A DNA stretch of 64,000 bases from Acidobacteriota bacterium (GCA_032127265.1 JAQAZP010000103.1:831-64830), one strand, 5' to 3'. Shown: positions 49,674-60,023, counted from the first letter of the stretch. Notes: generated from the sequence alone by a model not told the origin. Numbers and translations: made by a program.

Positions 49674-50477
49674 ATGGAACTCCTCGACCAGACCTTCGAT
49701 TCGGCACGGTTCTGGGCCACGGTGGCCGGCAGCGGGCAATCGCTGCTGATGCTCGACTACGACGGTACCTTGGCGCCATTCGTGACCCGGCGTGACCAGG
49801 CGGTACCCTACCCCGGGGTGCGGGAGGCCCTGCGGCAACTTGCCGCTACCGGCCGCACCCGGGTGGTGGTGATCACCGGCCGCAACGCCGGCGACCTGGT
49901 GCCACTGCTGGGCCTGGAACCATCGCCGGAAATCTGGGGCTCCCACGGCGGGGAACGGATGATGCCCGACGGCAGCTACAGTGTGCAGCCCCTGGAAGAG
50001 GCCCACCTGATCGGGCTCCAGGAAGCGGACGCCGTGATCGAGGAATCAACCCTGCCCCAGCACTTCGAGATCAAGCCGCTGGGCCGTGCCTTTCACTGGC
50101 GCGGGCTGCCGGAGGAGGAGGTCCGCCGGGCCGACCGGACGGTTACCGGGCCGTGGCGCACGGTCGCCGAAACCAGCGGCCTTGAGCTGCGGGACTTTGA
50201 CGGCGGCGTTGAGCTGCGGGTCCCGGGGGTGGACAAGGGGCAGGCGGTGAGCCAGCTGATGAGAGAGATGGGCCAGGGGACCCCGTCCGCCTATCTCGGC
50301 GATGACCGTACGGACGAGGACGCGTTTCGCGCCCTGGGGCCGCAGGGCCTCTCGGTGATGGTCCGTACCGCCTACCGCTCCACTGCGGCGCGGCTCTGGC
50401 TCAAGCCGCCGGAGGAGCTGATCGGTTTTCTGCTGCGCTGGCTCGATGCCACGGAACAGGGGAAGGAGGAACGATGA
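49674..50477 (+). CDS. otsB: trehalose-6-phosphate phosphatase (HAD-IIB)
   Basis: LMLDYDGTLAP motif I, GDDRTDEDAF motif IV. Overlaps otsA by 4 nt. Confidence 0.85.
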   Translation: MELLDQTFDSARFWATVAGSGQSLLMLDYDGTLAPFVTRRDQAVPYPGVREALRQLAATGRTRVVVITGRNAGDLVPLLGLEPSPEIWGSHGGERMMPDGSYSVQPLEEAHLIGLQEADAVIEESTLPQHFEIKPLGRAFHWRGLPEEEVRRADRTVTGPWRTVAETSGLELRDFDGGVELRVPGVDKGQAVSQLMREMGQGTPSAYLGDDRTDEDAFRALGPQGLSVMVRTAYRSTAARLWLKPPEELIGFLLRWLDATEQGKEER

Positions 50478-51967
50478 TTGACGCCGTTAACGTGACAAAC
50501 AGCCGGCTGATAATCGTCTCCAACCGCCTCCCCGTGGTACTGGCCAAGGGCGAGGATGGATCCTGGCAGGCCACCGCCGGGTCCGGGGGCCTGGTCACCG
50601 CCATGGCCCCGGTACTTCGTGACCGCGGCGGCAGCTGGATCGGCTGGACCGGCACGGCCGAGGAAGAACATGCCGACCTGGGAGATCTGCTGGGCCAGGC
50701 CACCAGCAAATCGGGGTACACCATGTCGCCGGTGCGCCTGACCCGTAACGAGGTGCGGAATTTCTATCTCGGATTTTCCAACGAATCGCTCTGGCCTCTG
50801 TTCCACGACCTGTTCCAGCTCTGTATCTTCGACTCCGTCTACTGGAAGGCCTATATCGACGTCAACCGCAAGTTCGCGGAGGTGATTTCCGAAAAGAGCG
50901 GCGAGGACGACTTCATCTGGGTCCACGACTACCACCTGATGGACGTGGCGCGGGTTCTGGCGAATTGGAAAGTCAGGCGCCGCATCGGTTTCTTCCTCCA
51001 CATCCCCTTCCCGCCGCTGGACGTCTTTCTCAAGCTCCCCTGGCGGTCGGAGATCCTCAGCGCGCTGCTGGGTTACGACCTGCTGGGGTTCCAGACCATG
51101 CGGGACCGGCGGAACTTCCTCCATTGCGTCAAGTCGCTGATCAAGGGGGTGGCGGTGCGCGGCAAGGGCCACGTGGTCACGGTGCACACCAAGGACCGCG
51201 AGATCCGGGTGGGCACCTTTCCCATCAGCATCGATTTCAACGAATTCGCCCAGCAGGCCGCCTCCGACGAGGTTGCCAAAGCCGCCTGGTATATCCACGA
51301 GAAGCTGCCCGAAATCCAGATCATCCTCGGGGTGGACCGACTGGATTACACCAAGGGTATCCCCCTGCGGCTGAAAGCCTTCCGCAACGCCCTGCTCCGC
51401 TATCCCGAACTGCAGGAAAACGTGGTGCTGGTCCAGGTGACCGTGCCCAGCCGCAGCGAGATCGCCATGTACCAGGAACTGAAATCGGAAATCGAACGGC
51501 TGGTGGGCGAGATCAACGGAGAGTTCACCCGGTCGGGCTGGGTACCGATCCACTACATCTGCCGCCACCTCGAGCGGGAGGAACTGCTGGCCTATTACCG
51601 TGCGGCCGAAATCGCGCTGGTCACGCCGATGAAGGACGGGATGAACCTGGTGGCCAAGGAATACTGCGCGTCGAACGTCGATGCCAAGGGTGTGTTGATT
51701 CTCAGCGAGTTCGCCGGCGCGGCAGCCCAGTTGCAGAAGGGGTCACTGCTGGTCAACCCCTACGATCTGGACAAAGTGGCCGACGCCATCCACCAGGCGT
51801 TCCACATGGCAAAGGAGGAGAGGGAGGCCCGGATGCGCCGGATGCGACAGCTGATAAAACGGCAAGACATCTTCGCCTGGGTCAACTCGTTTCTCAGCGC
51901 CGCCATCGACCGGGACCTCACCTCATATCCCGTACTCGAGGATTACGTGCCGCAGTTCGAGTTGTAA
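50474..51967 (+). CDS. otsA: alpha,alpha-trehalose-phosphate synthase (GT20)
   Basis: LIIVSNRLPV..., WVHDYHLM, GT20 C-terminal region. 497 aa. Confidence 0.92.
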   Translation: MIDAVNVTNSRLIIVSNRLPVVLAKGEDGSWQATAGSGGLVTAMAPVLRDRGGSWIGWTGTAEEEHADLGDLLGQATSKSGYTMSPVRLTRNEVRNFYLGFSNESLWPLFHDLFQLCIFDSVYWKAYIDVNRKFAEVISEKSGEDDFIWVHDYHLMDVARVLANWKVRRRIGFFLHIPFPPLDVFLKLPWRSEILSALLGYDLLGFQTMRDRRNFLHCVKSLIKGVAVRGKGHVVTVHTKDREIRVGTFPISIDFNEFAQQAASDEVAKAAWYIHEKLPEIQIILGVDRLDYTKGIPLRLKAFRNALLRYPELQENVVLVQVTVPSRSEIAMYQELKSEIERLVGEINGEFTRSGWVPIHYICRHLEREELLAYYRAAEIALVTPMKDGMNLVAKEYCASNVDAKGVLILSEFAGAAAQLQKGSLLVNPYDLDKVADAIHQAFHMAKEEREARMRRMRQLIKRQDIFAWVNSFLSAAIDRDLTSYPVLEDYVPQFEL

Positions 51968-51996
51968 ATGGGAACGATAGAAGCGGTTCCATAACC

Positions 51997-52770
51997 TCAA
52001 CTGTGGTGCGAGAGCTTCTTCTCCACCAGGCGGCAGATCTGCGCCGCCATGTATCCCGCGCCGAACCCGTTGTCGATGTTGACCACGGTGAGCCCGCTGG
52101 CACAGGAGTTGAGCATGCCCAGCAGTGCGGCCACGCCGCCGAACGCCGTTCCGTAGCCTATGGAGGTGGGAACAGCGATCACCGGCACGCTGACCAGGCC
52201 GGCGACCACGCTGGGCAGCGCACCTTCCATGCCGGCCACGGCAATGATCACGTCGGCCCGGGCCAGCCGCCGTTCCTGGCTGAGCAGCCGGTGCAGGCCG
52301 GCCACGCCCACATCGTGGGCCCGTTCCACATTCTCCACCATCAGTTCGGCGGTGAGCGCCGCTTCCTCGGCCACCGGAATGTCCGATGTGCCGGCGGTGA
52401 GCACTAAAACGGTGCCCGGTGCGCGGTGGAAGCCGGGTTCCTCGATGATCACCGCCCGGGCCGCCGCACTGAATCGAGCCTCGGGAAACCGGCCGGCCAC
52501 CAGGTCGTATTTTTCCCGGCCGACCCGAGTCACCAGCACCGGACAGCCGTTCTCGCGCAGCTTGGTTGCGATGGCCAGGATCTGCTCCGGCTCCTTCCCT
52601 TCACCGAAGATGACCTCCGGAAACCCCTGCCGCAGGTGGCGATGGTGGTCGAGCTTGGCGAAACCGAGGTCTTCAAAGGGCAGGTGCCTCAACCGCTCCA
52701 GCCCCTCCTCAACACCGAGTTTTCCTTCGCGCACGGCGCCCAGCAGCGCCTCCAGATCCTTCAGGTTCAT
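51997..52770 (-). CDS. larB: nickel-pincer cofactor biosynthesis protein LarB (PurE-like carboxylase/hydrolase)
   Basis: C-terminal PurE-like region VLVLTAGTSDIPVAEEAALTAELMV...HDVGVAGLHRLL...VIIAVAGMEGALPSVVAG. Start taken at MNLKDLEALL (52770). Confidence 0.7.
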   Translation of the reverse strand: MNLKDLEALLGAVREGKLGVEEGLERLRHLPFEDLGFAKLDHHRHLRQGFPEVIFGEGKEPEQILAIATKLRENGCPVLVTRVGREKYDLVAGRFPEARFSAAARAVIIEEPGFHRAPGTVLVLTAGTSDIPVAEEAALTAELMVENVERAHDVGVAGLHRLLSQERRLARADVIIAVAGMEGALPSVVAGLVSVPVIAVPTSIGYGTAFGGVAALLGMLNSCASGLTVVNIDNGFGAGYMAAQICRLVEKKLSHHS

Positions 52771-52925
52771 CGACCCTGTCTCCTTCACTCCACCGGGCCA
52801 GCCGGCGACATCGCTTAATTGACACATCCCGGTCCCCATAATAACATGACCGCCGTTCCTGTTTCCGGCCTCCAGCAGCCGAAACTCCGGCAGAGGCCAT
52901 TCTTCGCTACGACGGGAAGGGCCAC

Positions 52926-53669
52926 ATGGGCAGTAAAAAGGTCCACCAGGGAAATCTCGAAACGGTTTCCCCGTCAACGCTGATCGCTGACATCTTTCGC
53001 GGGCGGTTCACCGGCATTCTGACCCTGGAACAGGGGAAACGGAAAAAGTCGCTCTTCATCAAGGGCGGTTCGGTGATCTTCGCCGACTCCACCGACATGG
53101 AAGACCGGCTGGGACAGGTGCTGGTGCGCGGCAACCGGATCACCGAGGCAAAAATCACCTCGGCCCTGGAGATCCAGAAAAAAGAGGGGTCGGAGGACAA
53201 GCGGCTGCTCGGCGCGATCCTGGTCAAGGAGGGGTTCATCAAGCCGCTGGAGCTGGTTTGGGCGGTAAAGACCCAGGTCGAAGGCATCTTCTGCGACTGC
53301 TTCCTCTGGAACGAGGGGAGTTTTGCCTTTGCCGAAGAGGATGCCCCCGAATCCTGGCCGGTGATCACCCTCGACCTGTCGATGCCGGAGCTGCTGCGCA
53401 TGGCCCTCAACATGGTGGAAGACCCGATCACCATGGCCAATCTGCTGGGCGACTTCAGCCAGTTGATCGACGTCTCCGCCAAGTGGCTGGATATGGTGGA
53501 ACAGTTCAAGCTGAAGCCGCTGGAGTTCGACCTGCTGGGCCGGGCCCAGGCCGGTGCCGACACCCTGGCCACTCTGATCCTCGCCTCGCCCTACCCCGCC
53601 GCCGAGACCGGCCGCGGCGCCCTGCTGCTGAGTTGTCTGGGTGTGATTACGCTGAGCCCGACTTCCTGA
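52926..53669 (+). CDS. DUF4388-like protein
   Basis: N-terminal GNLETVSPSTLIADIF...GILTLEQG...IFIKGGSVIFA pattern is characteristic of DUF4388. Confidence 0.5.
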   Translation: MGSKKVHQGNLETVSPSTLIADIFRGRFTGILTLEQGKRKKSLFIKGGSVIFADSTDMEDRLGQVLVRGNRITEAKITSALEIQKKEGSEDKRLLGAILVKEGFIKPLELVWAVKTQVEGIFCDCFLWNEGSFAFAEEDAPESWPVITLDLSMPELLRMALNMVEDPITMANLLGDFSQLIDVSAKWLDMVEQFKLKPLEFDLLGRAQAGADTLATLILASPYPAAETGRGALLLSCLGVITLSPTS

Positions 53670-53812
53670 AGAGTGAAAAAGGTATAATTTCCATACCTTT
53701 TTTATACCATTTCCCTGCCTTCTCCCTATCCCTGTATTGAGGCCAGGGGTTTGGCGGGGTTATCCGGGTCAGGCGGGGCAGGTGTCGCGGGCCGGGGGTA
53801 AGCGCCCCGGGT

Positions 53813-55648
53813 TCAGGCGGGGTCGCGGAACCGCTCACGGATCGTCTCGATGATCGAAGTGCTGGCCTTGCCCTGCACCAGGGGGATCACCACCACCCGG
53901 CCGCCGGCCGCTTCCACCTCTTCCCGGCCCACGATCTGCTCGGGCTTCCAGTCACCGCCCTTGACCAGCACGTCGGGCTTGACCCGCTTGATCAACTCCA
54001 GCGGTGTGTCCTCCTCGAAGGGGACCACCCGGTCCACGCAGTCGAGGGCGGAGAGAATGGCCGCGCGTTCCTCCTGGGGCAGGATGGGCCGCTTGTCGCC
54101 TTTCAGGCGGCGGACCGAGTCGTCGCTGTTCAGTCCCAGCACCAGCAGGTCCCCTTCGGCCCTGGCCCGCTGGAGGACCCGGATGTGACCGCTGTGCAGC
54201 AGGTCGAAGCAGCCGTTGGTGAAGACCACCCTGCGGCCCTCGACCCTCGCCCGTTCCAGAAATCCGGTGAGGTCGCCCTGCTCCGCATCAGGGGTTTGCC
54301 CGGATGCTTCCCCGTCATCGACCACGGAGGTCACCGGGATCCCTTCGGAGAACGACCAGTTGTGGGCCAGCCGAACGATGCCCACGTCCTTGAGCCGCGA
54401 GCGGACACGGAATGAGTGGAGCCCGCGGTGGTAGTCGAAGGCATAACCGTCCTTGCGATGCACGGCGAGGTCGAGGAAGTAGTTCCCCTCGACCAGGTCG
54501 AGGGAGGGGATCTCGAAGGAGAAGGAGTGCGGGCCGGGTTCCACCTCTCCGGACCGCAGCCCCTCGATATCGGTATTGGTCCCGTAGCAGCAGGTGCCGC
54601 CGGCGTCGAAGATACCCACGCCGAAGACGAGGCCCTTTTCACCGGCCAGATTAACCTCCAGATCAGCCGTGATGGTCATGGCATCCCCCGGCTGGTAGAC
54701 ATACCGCTCACTGCCCTCACCGCCGAACAGGGTCACCGCCTTGATCTCGATCTCCCTGGTGCCCCAGCGGCGGCGCTCGGGCTCGGAGGGCTTGGCGGCC
54801 TCGCCGTCCCCCTCGGCCGTCTCTTCGCTGCCGGTCACCACCTCTTCGGCCGGCGCATCGGCGTCCACCCTGCCCCCCCGGCCCACCAGTTCGGCGTCCT
54901 CCTTGCCGGCCACGTCGAGCAGGTAGGCGTCGATGACCCGCCGCGGGTCACCGCTGTCGCGCATCTTCCCGTTATCGATCCAGATCGCCCGGTCGCAGAG
55001 CCCCTCCACCATGTCCAGCGAGTGGGTGACCAGCACGATGGTCTTGCCCCGGCGCTGGAAGTTGCGGATCCGCTCGATGCACTTGTGGGAGAAGGCCTCG
55101 TCGCCCACGGCGAGGATCTCGTCGATGAGCAGGATCTCGGGGTCCACGTGCACGGCCACCGAGAACCCGAGACGCATATACATCCCCGATGAATACGTCT
55201 TCACCGGAGCGTCGATGAACTCCTCCAGACCGGCAAAACTGACGATCTCCTCGAAGCGCCGGGTGATCTCCTGCTTGCTCAGGCCAAGCATGATGCCGTT
55301 GATGAAGACATTCTCCCGCCCGCTGATCTCGGGGTGGAAACCGGCGCCCAGTTCGATCAGCGCGGCGATCCGGCCGCTGGTGGTCACCGTGCCGCTGGTG
55401 GGACGGCTGATCCCGGCGATCAGTTTGAGCAGGGTGCTCTTGCCCGATCCGTTCGAACCGATGACACCCACCGTGCCGCCGGCGGGGACACTGAAACTGA
55501 CCCGGTCCAGGGCCTGGATCACCTGGCTGCGCGCAGCGCCGATGGCCCGGTCGCGGCCGAGGAGCATGCTCTTGAGCGACTGGAAGCGGCGCCGGTAGGC
55601 GTAGCGGCGATAGGCCTTGGAGACGTCCTGCAGTATCACCGGGTCCAT
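53813..55648 (-). CDS. wzt: polysaccharide ABC-transporter ATP-binding protein (Wzt/KpsT-like) with Wzt-C-like carbohydrate-binding domain, fused to a C-terminal RfaE-domain-II / cytidylyltransferase-like nucleotidyltransferase
   Basis: N-terminal ABC ATPase ([19 protein letters not shown]-like [21 protein letters not shown]). Middle beta-rich domain. C-terminal ...[20 protein letters not shown]...[17 protein letters not shown]...[11 protein letters not shown]..., the HldE adenylyltransferase-domain signature. Confidence 0.8.
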   Translation of the reverse strand: MDPVILQDVSKAYRRYAYRRRFQSLKSMLLGRDRAIGAARSQVIQALDRVSFSVPAGGTVGVIGSNGSGKSTLLKLIAGISRPTSGTVTTSGRIAALIELGAGFHPEISGRENVFINGIMLGLSKQEITRRFEEIVSFAGLEEFIDAPVKTYSSGMYMRLGFSVAVHVDPEILLIDEILAVGDEAFSHKCIERIRNFQRRGKTIVLVTHSLDMVEGLCDRAIWIDNGKMRDSGDPRRVIDAYLLDVAGKEDAELVGRGGRVDADAPAEEVVTGSEETAEGDGEAAKPSEPERRRWGTREIEIKAVTLFGGEGSERYVYQPGDAMTITADLEVNLAGEKGLVFGVGIFDAGGTCCYGTNTDIEGLRSGEVEPGPHSFSFEIPSLDLVEGNYFLDLAVHRKDGYAFDYHRGLHSFRVRSRLKDVGIVRLAHNWSFSEGIPVTSVVDDGEASGQTPDAEQGDLTGFLERARVEGRRVVFTNGCFDLLHSGHIRVLQRARAEGDLLVLGLNSDDSVRRLKGDKRPILPQEERAAILSALDCVDRVVPFEEDTPLELIKRVKPDVLVKGGDWKPEQIVGREEVEAAGGRVVVIPLVQGKASTSIIETIRERFRDPA

Positions 55649-55650
55649 CT

Positions 55651-56448
55651 CTATACCTCCTCCACCAGCGTGTCGCGCAGCCGGTCGAATACCCAGTAGC
55701 CGAACACGAAGACCAGCAGGGCCAGCAGGGCCATGACCGCCAGCCGCTGGTAGTGGATCTCGCCGGGGAAGAGGAAGGCCCCCTGGTAACCCATCATCAG
55801 GTGGGTCATGGGATTGACCTCCAGCGCCACACGGAGGAACGGCGGCAGATCGGCGACAAAGGAATAGGGGTAGATCACCGGGGAGGCGAAAAACCAGAGG
55901 GTCAGCAGGTTGGCCAGGATGTCCTTCAGGTCGCGGAAGTGGACGCTGAGCGAGGAAATGAGCAGGGCCAGCCCCATGGTGAAAAAGAACTGGATCAACA
56001 CCACCGGGAAGAACCAGAGAGTGTGCAGTCCGGGGTAGATGCCGAAGAAGAGCATGCAGGCCAGCAGTACCGGCAGGGCGAGGAGGAAGTGGACCAGGTT
56101 GGCCAGCACGGTGACCACCGGCAGCACTTCCGCGGGAAAGAGGATCTTCTTCAGCAGGCCGCCGCCGGAGATGATCACCGTGGAGGACTCGATCACCGAA
56201 GAGCTGAACCAGGTCCAGGGCAGGATGCCGCAGAAGAGGAACAACGGGTAGTTGTCCACCTGGCCGAACTTGGCCTTGATGATGTAGGTGAAGACCACGG
56301 TGTAGACGAGCAGCAGGAGGAGCGGATTGAGCAGAGACCAGAAGTAGCCGAGGAATGACCCGCGGTAGCGGGCCTTCAGTTCACGGACCACCATGGTCTG
56401 GATCAGCGTCCGGTGACGGGTCAGCCGCTTCAGGTTGGCAAACACCAC
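55651..56448 (-). CDS. wzm: ABC-2-type polysaccharide exporter permease
   Basis: Six predicted TM helices, ABC-2 family layout. Stop is 2 nt before the wzt start. Confidence 0.85.
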   Translation of the reverse strand: MVFANLKRLTRHRTLIQTMVVRELKARYRGSFLGYFWSLLNPLLLLLVYTVVFTYIIKAKFGQVDNYPLFLFCGILPWTWFSSSVIESSTVIISGGGLLKKILFPAEVLPVVTVLANLVHFLLALPVLLACMLFFGIYPGLHTLWFFPVVLIQFFFTMGLALLISSLSVHFRDLKDILANLLTLWFFASPVIYPYSFVADLPPFLRVALEVNPMTHLMMGYQGAFLFPGEIHYQRLAVMALLALLVFVFGYWVFDRLRDTLVEEV

Positions 56449-56578
56449 GCAACTCCTCCCGCCGGGGATCCGGCCGAGCCGAGCTCGAATCCGTCATATA
56501 TGCGAGAGGGCCGCCAGAGGCGGCCCTTCCCCATTCAGTCGATTTCTGTACTATGCGCCGGCGCGCGGCGATTCCAGG

Positions 56579-57736
56579 TTATTCGGCGGCCTCGCCTTCA
56601 TGCATCGCCGCGAAAGTTTCGTAAGGGATGTCCTGCCCCTGGTAGACCACGAACATCTTGATGAACTTCCTCACGTCACCCTTCTCGTCAAAGGAGGTCA
56701 GGCCGGAGACACCCGGGTAGTCGCGCAGGTTGAGCAGGGTCAGCTGGATCTTCTCCGGGTAGGGCCCTTCCTTCTCGATGGCGTGAGCCAGGATCTTCAG
56801 CGCATCGTACGCGTGAGCGGCATAGATATCGGGCTTTTTACCGTACTTGGCCTGGTAGGCCTGGGAGAAGGAATGGATCGGTTCCTCTTCCGCGTCGGGG
56901 TCGAACTCGAGCTTCGGGAAAATAACACCCTCGGCCGCAGAGCCCGCCTTCTCCATCAGGGCGGCGGAGTTGAATGCCCCGACGCTGAGTTTGACCACGT
57001 CGACATTCTGGCGCTCCAGCTCGAGCAGGATCTCGGCCAGGTCGTTGTAGTAGCCGGCAATGTACACGGCATTGGCGTCGGGCTCCGCGAAAGCCTTGAT
57101 CTCGGCCACCATCTCGCTGAAGTTGGTCTGGTTCTCGGGGTAGACATACATCTTGAGGATCTTGCCGCCCATGTCGGTGTAGTTGTCCACAAAGACCTTC
57201 TTCAGGCCGCGGCCATAGTCGTTCTGCATGGCCATCACCACCATGTTCCGCTTGATGCCCAGGTTGTCGTAGGCAAAGGCCGCCATTCTCGCCCCTTCAA
57301 GCACGTCGGAGGGGAAGTTGCGGTAGATGTAGTTGCCGAGATCGGAGATCAGCGGGCTGGAGCTGGCCGGGCTGAGCAGCACCCGCTGGGCTTGCTCGGC
57401 TATGGGCGCCATGGCCCGGGTCACCGAACTGGAGACGCCGCCGATCACGGCCAGCACCTTTTCTTCACCAAGCAGCGAGGTGATCTCGGTCTCACCCACC
57501 GATGGCGTGGTCTGGCTGTCACGGACGAGGAGGTGCAGCTGGTTGCCCTTTATCCCGCCGGCGACATTGATTTCTTCCAGGGCCAGCTGAAGACCTTCGT
57601 TGACGCTCTTCCCGTAGTCGGACGCTTCACCGGTAAGCGGAATGACCGCGCCGATTTTCACTTCTTGTTGACAGCCGGTCACGACACAAAGTGTCAGGAG
57701 AATGATGATCAGCAAGGCGCCCTGTTTCGTTCGCAT
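56579..57736 (-). CDS. ABC transporter substrate-binding lipoprotein, branched-chain amino-acid (LivK) type
   Basis: Lipobox LTLCVVTGC, then KIGAVIPLTGEASDYGKSVNEGLQLALEEIN, typical of periplasmic binding protein type I. Confidence 0.85.
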   Translation of the reverse strand: MRTKQGALLIIILLTLCVVTGCQQEVKIGAVIPLTGEASDYGKSVNEGLQLALEEINVAGGIKGNQLHLLVRDSQTTPSVGETEITSLLGEEKVLAVIGGVSSSVTRAMAPIAEQAQRVLLSPASSSPLISDLGNYIYRNFPSDVLEGARMAAFAYDNLGIKRNMVVMAMQNDYGRGLKKVFVDNYTDMGGKILKMYVYPENQTNFSEMVAEIKAFAEPDANAVYIAGYYNDLAEILLELERQNVDVVKLSVGAFNSAALMEKAGSAAEGVIFPKLEFDPDAEEEPIHSFSQAYQAKYGKKPDIYAAHAYDALKILAHAIEKEGPYPEKIQLTLLNLRDYPGVSGLTSFDEKGDVRKFIKMFVVYQGQDIPYETFAAMHEGEAAE

Positions 57737-58046
57737 GATGCCCCCCAGGTAATGGGATTTTCAAGGATGTATCAAGATAACTTGGTTCCATATTTAGTTT
57801 CGATTCACGTAGGGTTGAATCTAGCAGAGCGGTTCGTGGATGTCAAGAATCCCGGCAGAGCAGTCTTGATCGTATCCTCCTCATTTCAGGCATCTTGCCT
57901 CTCAATTCAGGGGGACGGCGTCAGTGGCCGTTATTTTATGCCGGGTTGGGTGTGTCACGGAAGGCGCCGAGGTGCGGTGAACGGGTTCGGGGCCGCTGGT
58001 CGCACGGTGGGCAGGTTCCTGAGCAGGACTTCGAAGAGCGAGGAGG

Positions 58047-58412
58047 CTACTGGAGCAGTCCCTTCACCGCTGCGACCAGTTCAAGCCTGTCGAAAGGTTT
58101 GGAGAAGGTGTGGTTGGCGCCAAATTTCCTGGCCAGCTCGAGATACCCGTCAGGCCCCATTCGTCCGCCCCCGGACATGGCAATGATTTTGACATCCGGA
58201 TTATTGCGCCGCAGTTCCAGGATGGTTTCGATGCCTTCCTTGCCCGGCATGATGATGTCAGTGATGATCAGGTCGATCTCGTTTTCGCTGAAAGTCTTCA
58301 GACCGCTGTCTCCGTCGCCGGCCTCGAGCACTTCAAAGCCTTCCAGCTCCAGCATCTGTCGGGTCAGTTTTCTGACCTGAACCTCGTCCTCGATGATCAG
58401 GATACGGGGCAT
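58047..58412 (-). CDS. single-domain response regulator (CheY-like receiver)
   Basis: ILIIEDE, DLIITDIIMPG, K at the conserved position. 121 aa. Confidence 0.85.
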   Translation of the reverse strand: MPRILIIEDEVQVRKLTRQMLELEGFEVLEAGDGDSGLKTFSENEIDLIITDIIMPGKEGIETILELRRNNPDVKIIAMSGGGRMGPDGYLELARKFGANHTFSKPFDRLELVAAVKGLLQ

Positions 58413-58676
58413 CTACAGTACTCCCGGTAAAACATTCAAACAGGCATCAACGGCACATGCAGCCCCCTCCGAGAGAGCCACAACCTTCCTATCGGCAGTT
58501 CAGTTGGAAAACCTTCATGGAAATTACCAGCAAATACAATTTATCCGGTGGTCGGGCGTAATTTCCCAATACATCGAATTGCACGAATAGTACAGCAGTT
58601 GGACGATCAGACACAAGGCAAATAAAAATTCTCGAAACATCAGTTTTTTCAATGTGTTATTCACAGGGGAGCCTGG

Positions 58677-59438
58677 TCAGCGGGAAAGCGGTGTGCCACC
58701 CTTGAGCAGGGCTTCGGCCTCGGCGGTGTACAAGCCCGGCCGGCGGAAGAGCACCAGGGGCTCCAGTTCTGAAAGCACGGCGGGTGCGCCCTTCACCGCC
58801 TCCACCAGAATAAGGTTGGGCTCTTCATCCTCCCGCGGCAGGACGTGCCGCACCCTGGCCGGCTGCAACCCTTCCGCGGCCATCAACTGCTGCAGTTCCG
58901 GCCAGCGCCAGGGCCGGTGGATCAGGCCCATCCGGCCGCCCGGCCGGAGGAGACGTGCCGCCGCGGCAAAGAGACCGCCCGGCTCGAGAAGGATCTCCTG
59001 CCTGGCCACGGCCCGCTGCCGGTCAGTGCTGGGCCGAGTGGCCCCAACGGGATGGAATGGCGGATTGCTGACCACCAGATCGTAGCTGCCGGAGGGCTCC
59101 CCGGCGGCAAAGTCCTTCACGTCCTGGTGACGCACCTCGATCCGAGAGGCAAACCCGTTGAGTTGGACATTGCGCCGGGCCAGGGCGGCCAGCACGTCCT
59201 GCACTTCCACCGCCACCAGACGGCGAAACGGGTGGAAGTGGGCCAGCAGGATACCGACCACGCCGCACCCGGCGCCAAGGTCGGCCGCCGTGTCATCGGG
59301 ACCAACCGTGACGAAGCCGGCCAGCAACGGTGCATCCACCGAAAAGCGGTATCCGCGCTTCGGCTGGTGAAAACGGAGTTGTCCGCCAAGGAAGGGGTCG
59401 AGGGTCGATTCGTTGTGCGGTTCAGGTTCCCGGCTCAT
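58677..59438 (-). CDS. tRNA (adenine-N6)-methyltransferase, TrmN6/YfiC-like SAM-dependent methyltransferase
   Basis: GAGCGVVGILLA SAM motif I and NPPF motif IV. Confidence 0.7.
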   Translation of the reverse strand: MSREPEPHNESTLDPFLGGQLRFHQPKRGYRFSVDAPLLAGFVTVGPDDTAADLGAGCGVVGILLAHFHPFRRLVAVEVQDVLAALARRNVQLNGFASRIEVRHQDVKDFAAGEPSGSYDLVVSNPPFHPVGATRPSTDRQRAVARQEILLEPGGLFAAAARLLRPGGRMGLIHRPWRWPELQQLMAAEGLQPARVRHVLPREDEEPNLILVEAVKGAPAVLSELEPLVLFRRPGLYTAEAEALLKGGTPLSR

Positions 59439-59593
59439 TGTCCGGCTCCGAGCGCTGACGGTTCAGCTCGGCCTGGTATTTTTTCCACCCGGGGCACCAG
59501 CGAGTGTGCCAGAGCCAGAGCCGGGCGAGGAGCGAACCGGGGTTCTTCTCCGAGCGCTTGCGCAAGCCGCAATCTTCGCATCCCATGACAGAC
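59436..59593 (-). CDS. possible small Zn-finger protein (52 aa) not in the ORF track
   Basis: Minus-strand ATG at 59593 gives MGCEDCGLRKRSEKNPGSLLARLWLWHTRWCPGWKKYQ...* (CxxC ... WCPGW). Overlaps the methyltransferase start by 3 nt. Confidence 0.25.
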
Positions 59594-59635
59594 ACCTCAC
59601 GTGATGGAGAAAGTAGGGACGGGTACTACTTTTTC

Positions 59636-59971
59636 TCACACAGTTACCGTCTCTCCCGGGCCGAGCATGATGGTGACGATCTCCTGCATGTTGCTTTCCC
59701 GCCCCACCGCCACCCGTCTCTGCAGGCCGTAGTGAGCAAGGCAGGTGCCGCAGGAAACCAGGTCGACACCAGCCCTGTCCAGGGCCTCCAGCGCGTCGAG
59801 CACCAATGAGCCATCGGCCACCAGCCGGACCCCGGAGTTGTAAAAGATGATCGCCTCCGGCTTCAGCTCCGCCGCGGCCAGGGTGCGGAGAAACGAACCC
59901 ATCAGCCTGGCGCCCAATCCGTCGTCACCCCGGCCCAGGGTCTCACAACCGACGATGATGCTCTTGCCCAT
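59636..59971 (-). CDS. DsrE/DsrF/TusD-like sulfur-relay family protein
   Basis: 111 aa, IIVGCETLGRGDDGLGARLM...AIIFYNSGV...LVSCGTCL pattern of the DsrE/YedF C-domain fold. Confidence 0.55.
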   Translation of the reverse strand: MGKSIIVGCETLGRGDDGLGARLMGSFLRTLAAAELKPEAIIFYNSGVRLVADGSLVLDALEALDRAGVDLVSCGTCLAHYGLQRRVAVGRESNMQEIVTIMLGPGETVTV

Positions 59972-60023
59972 CTCAGTCTCACGATCTTTAAAAAGCAGGC
60001 ATCGGGCCTCTGCCCGGGTTATC

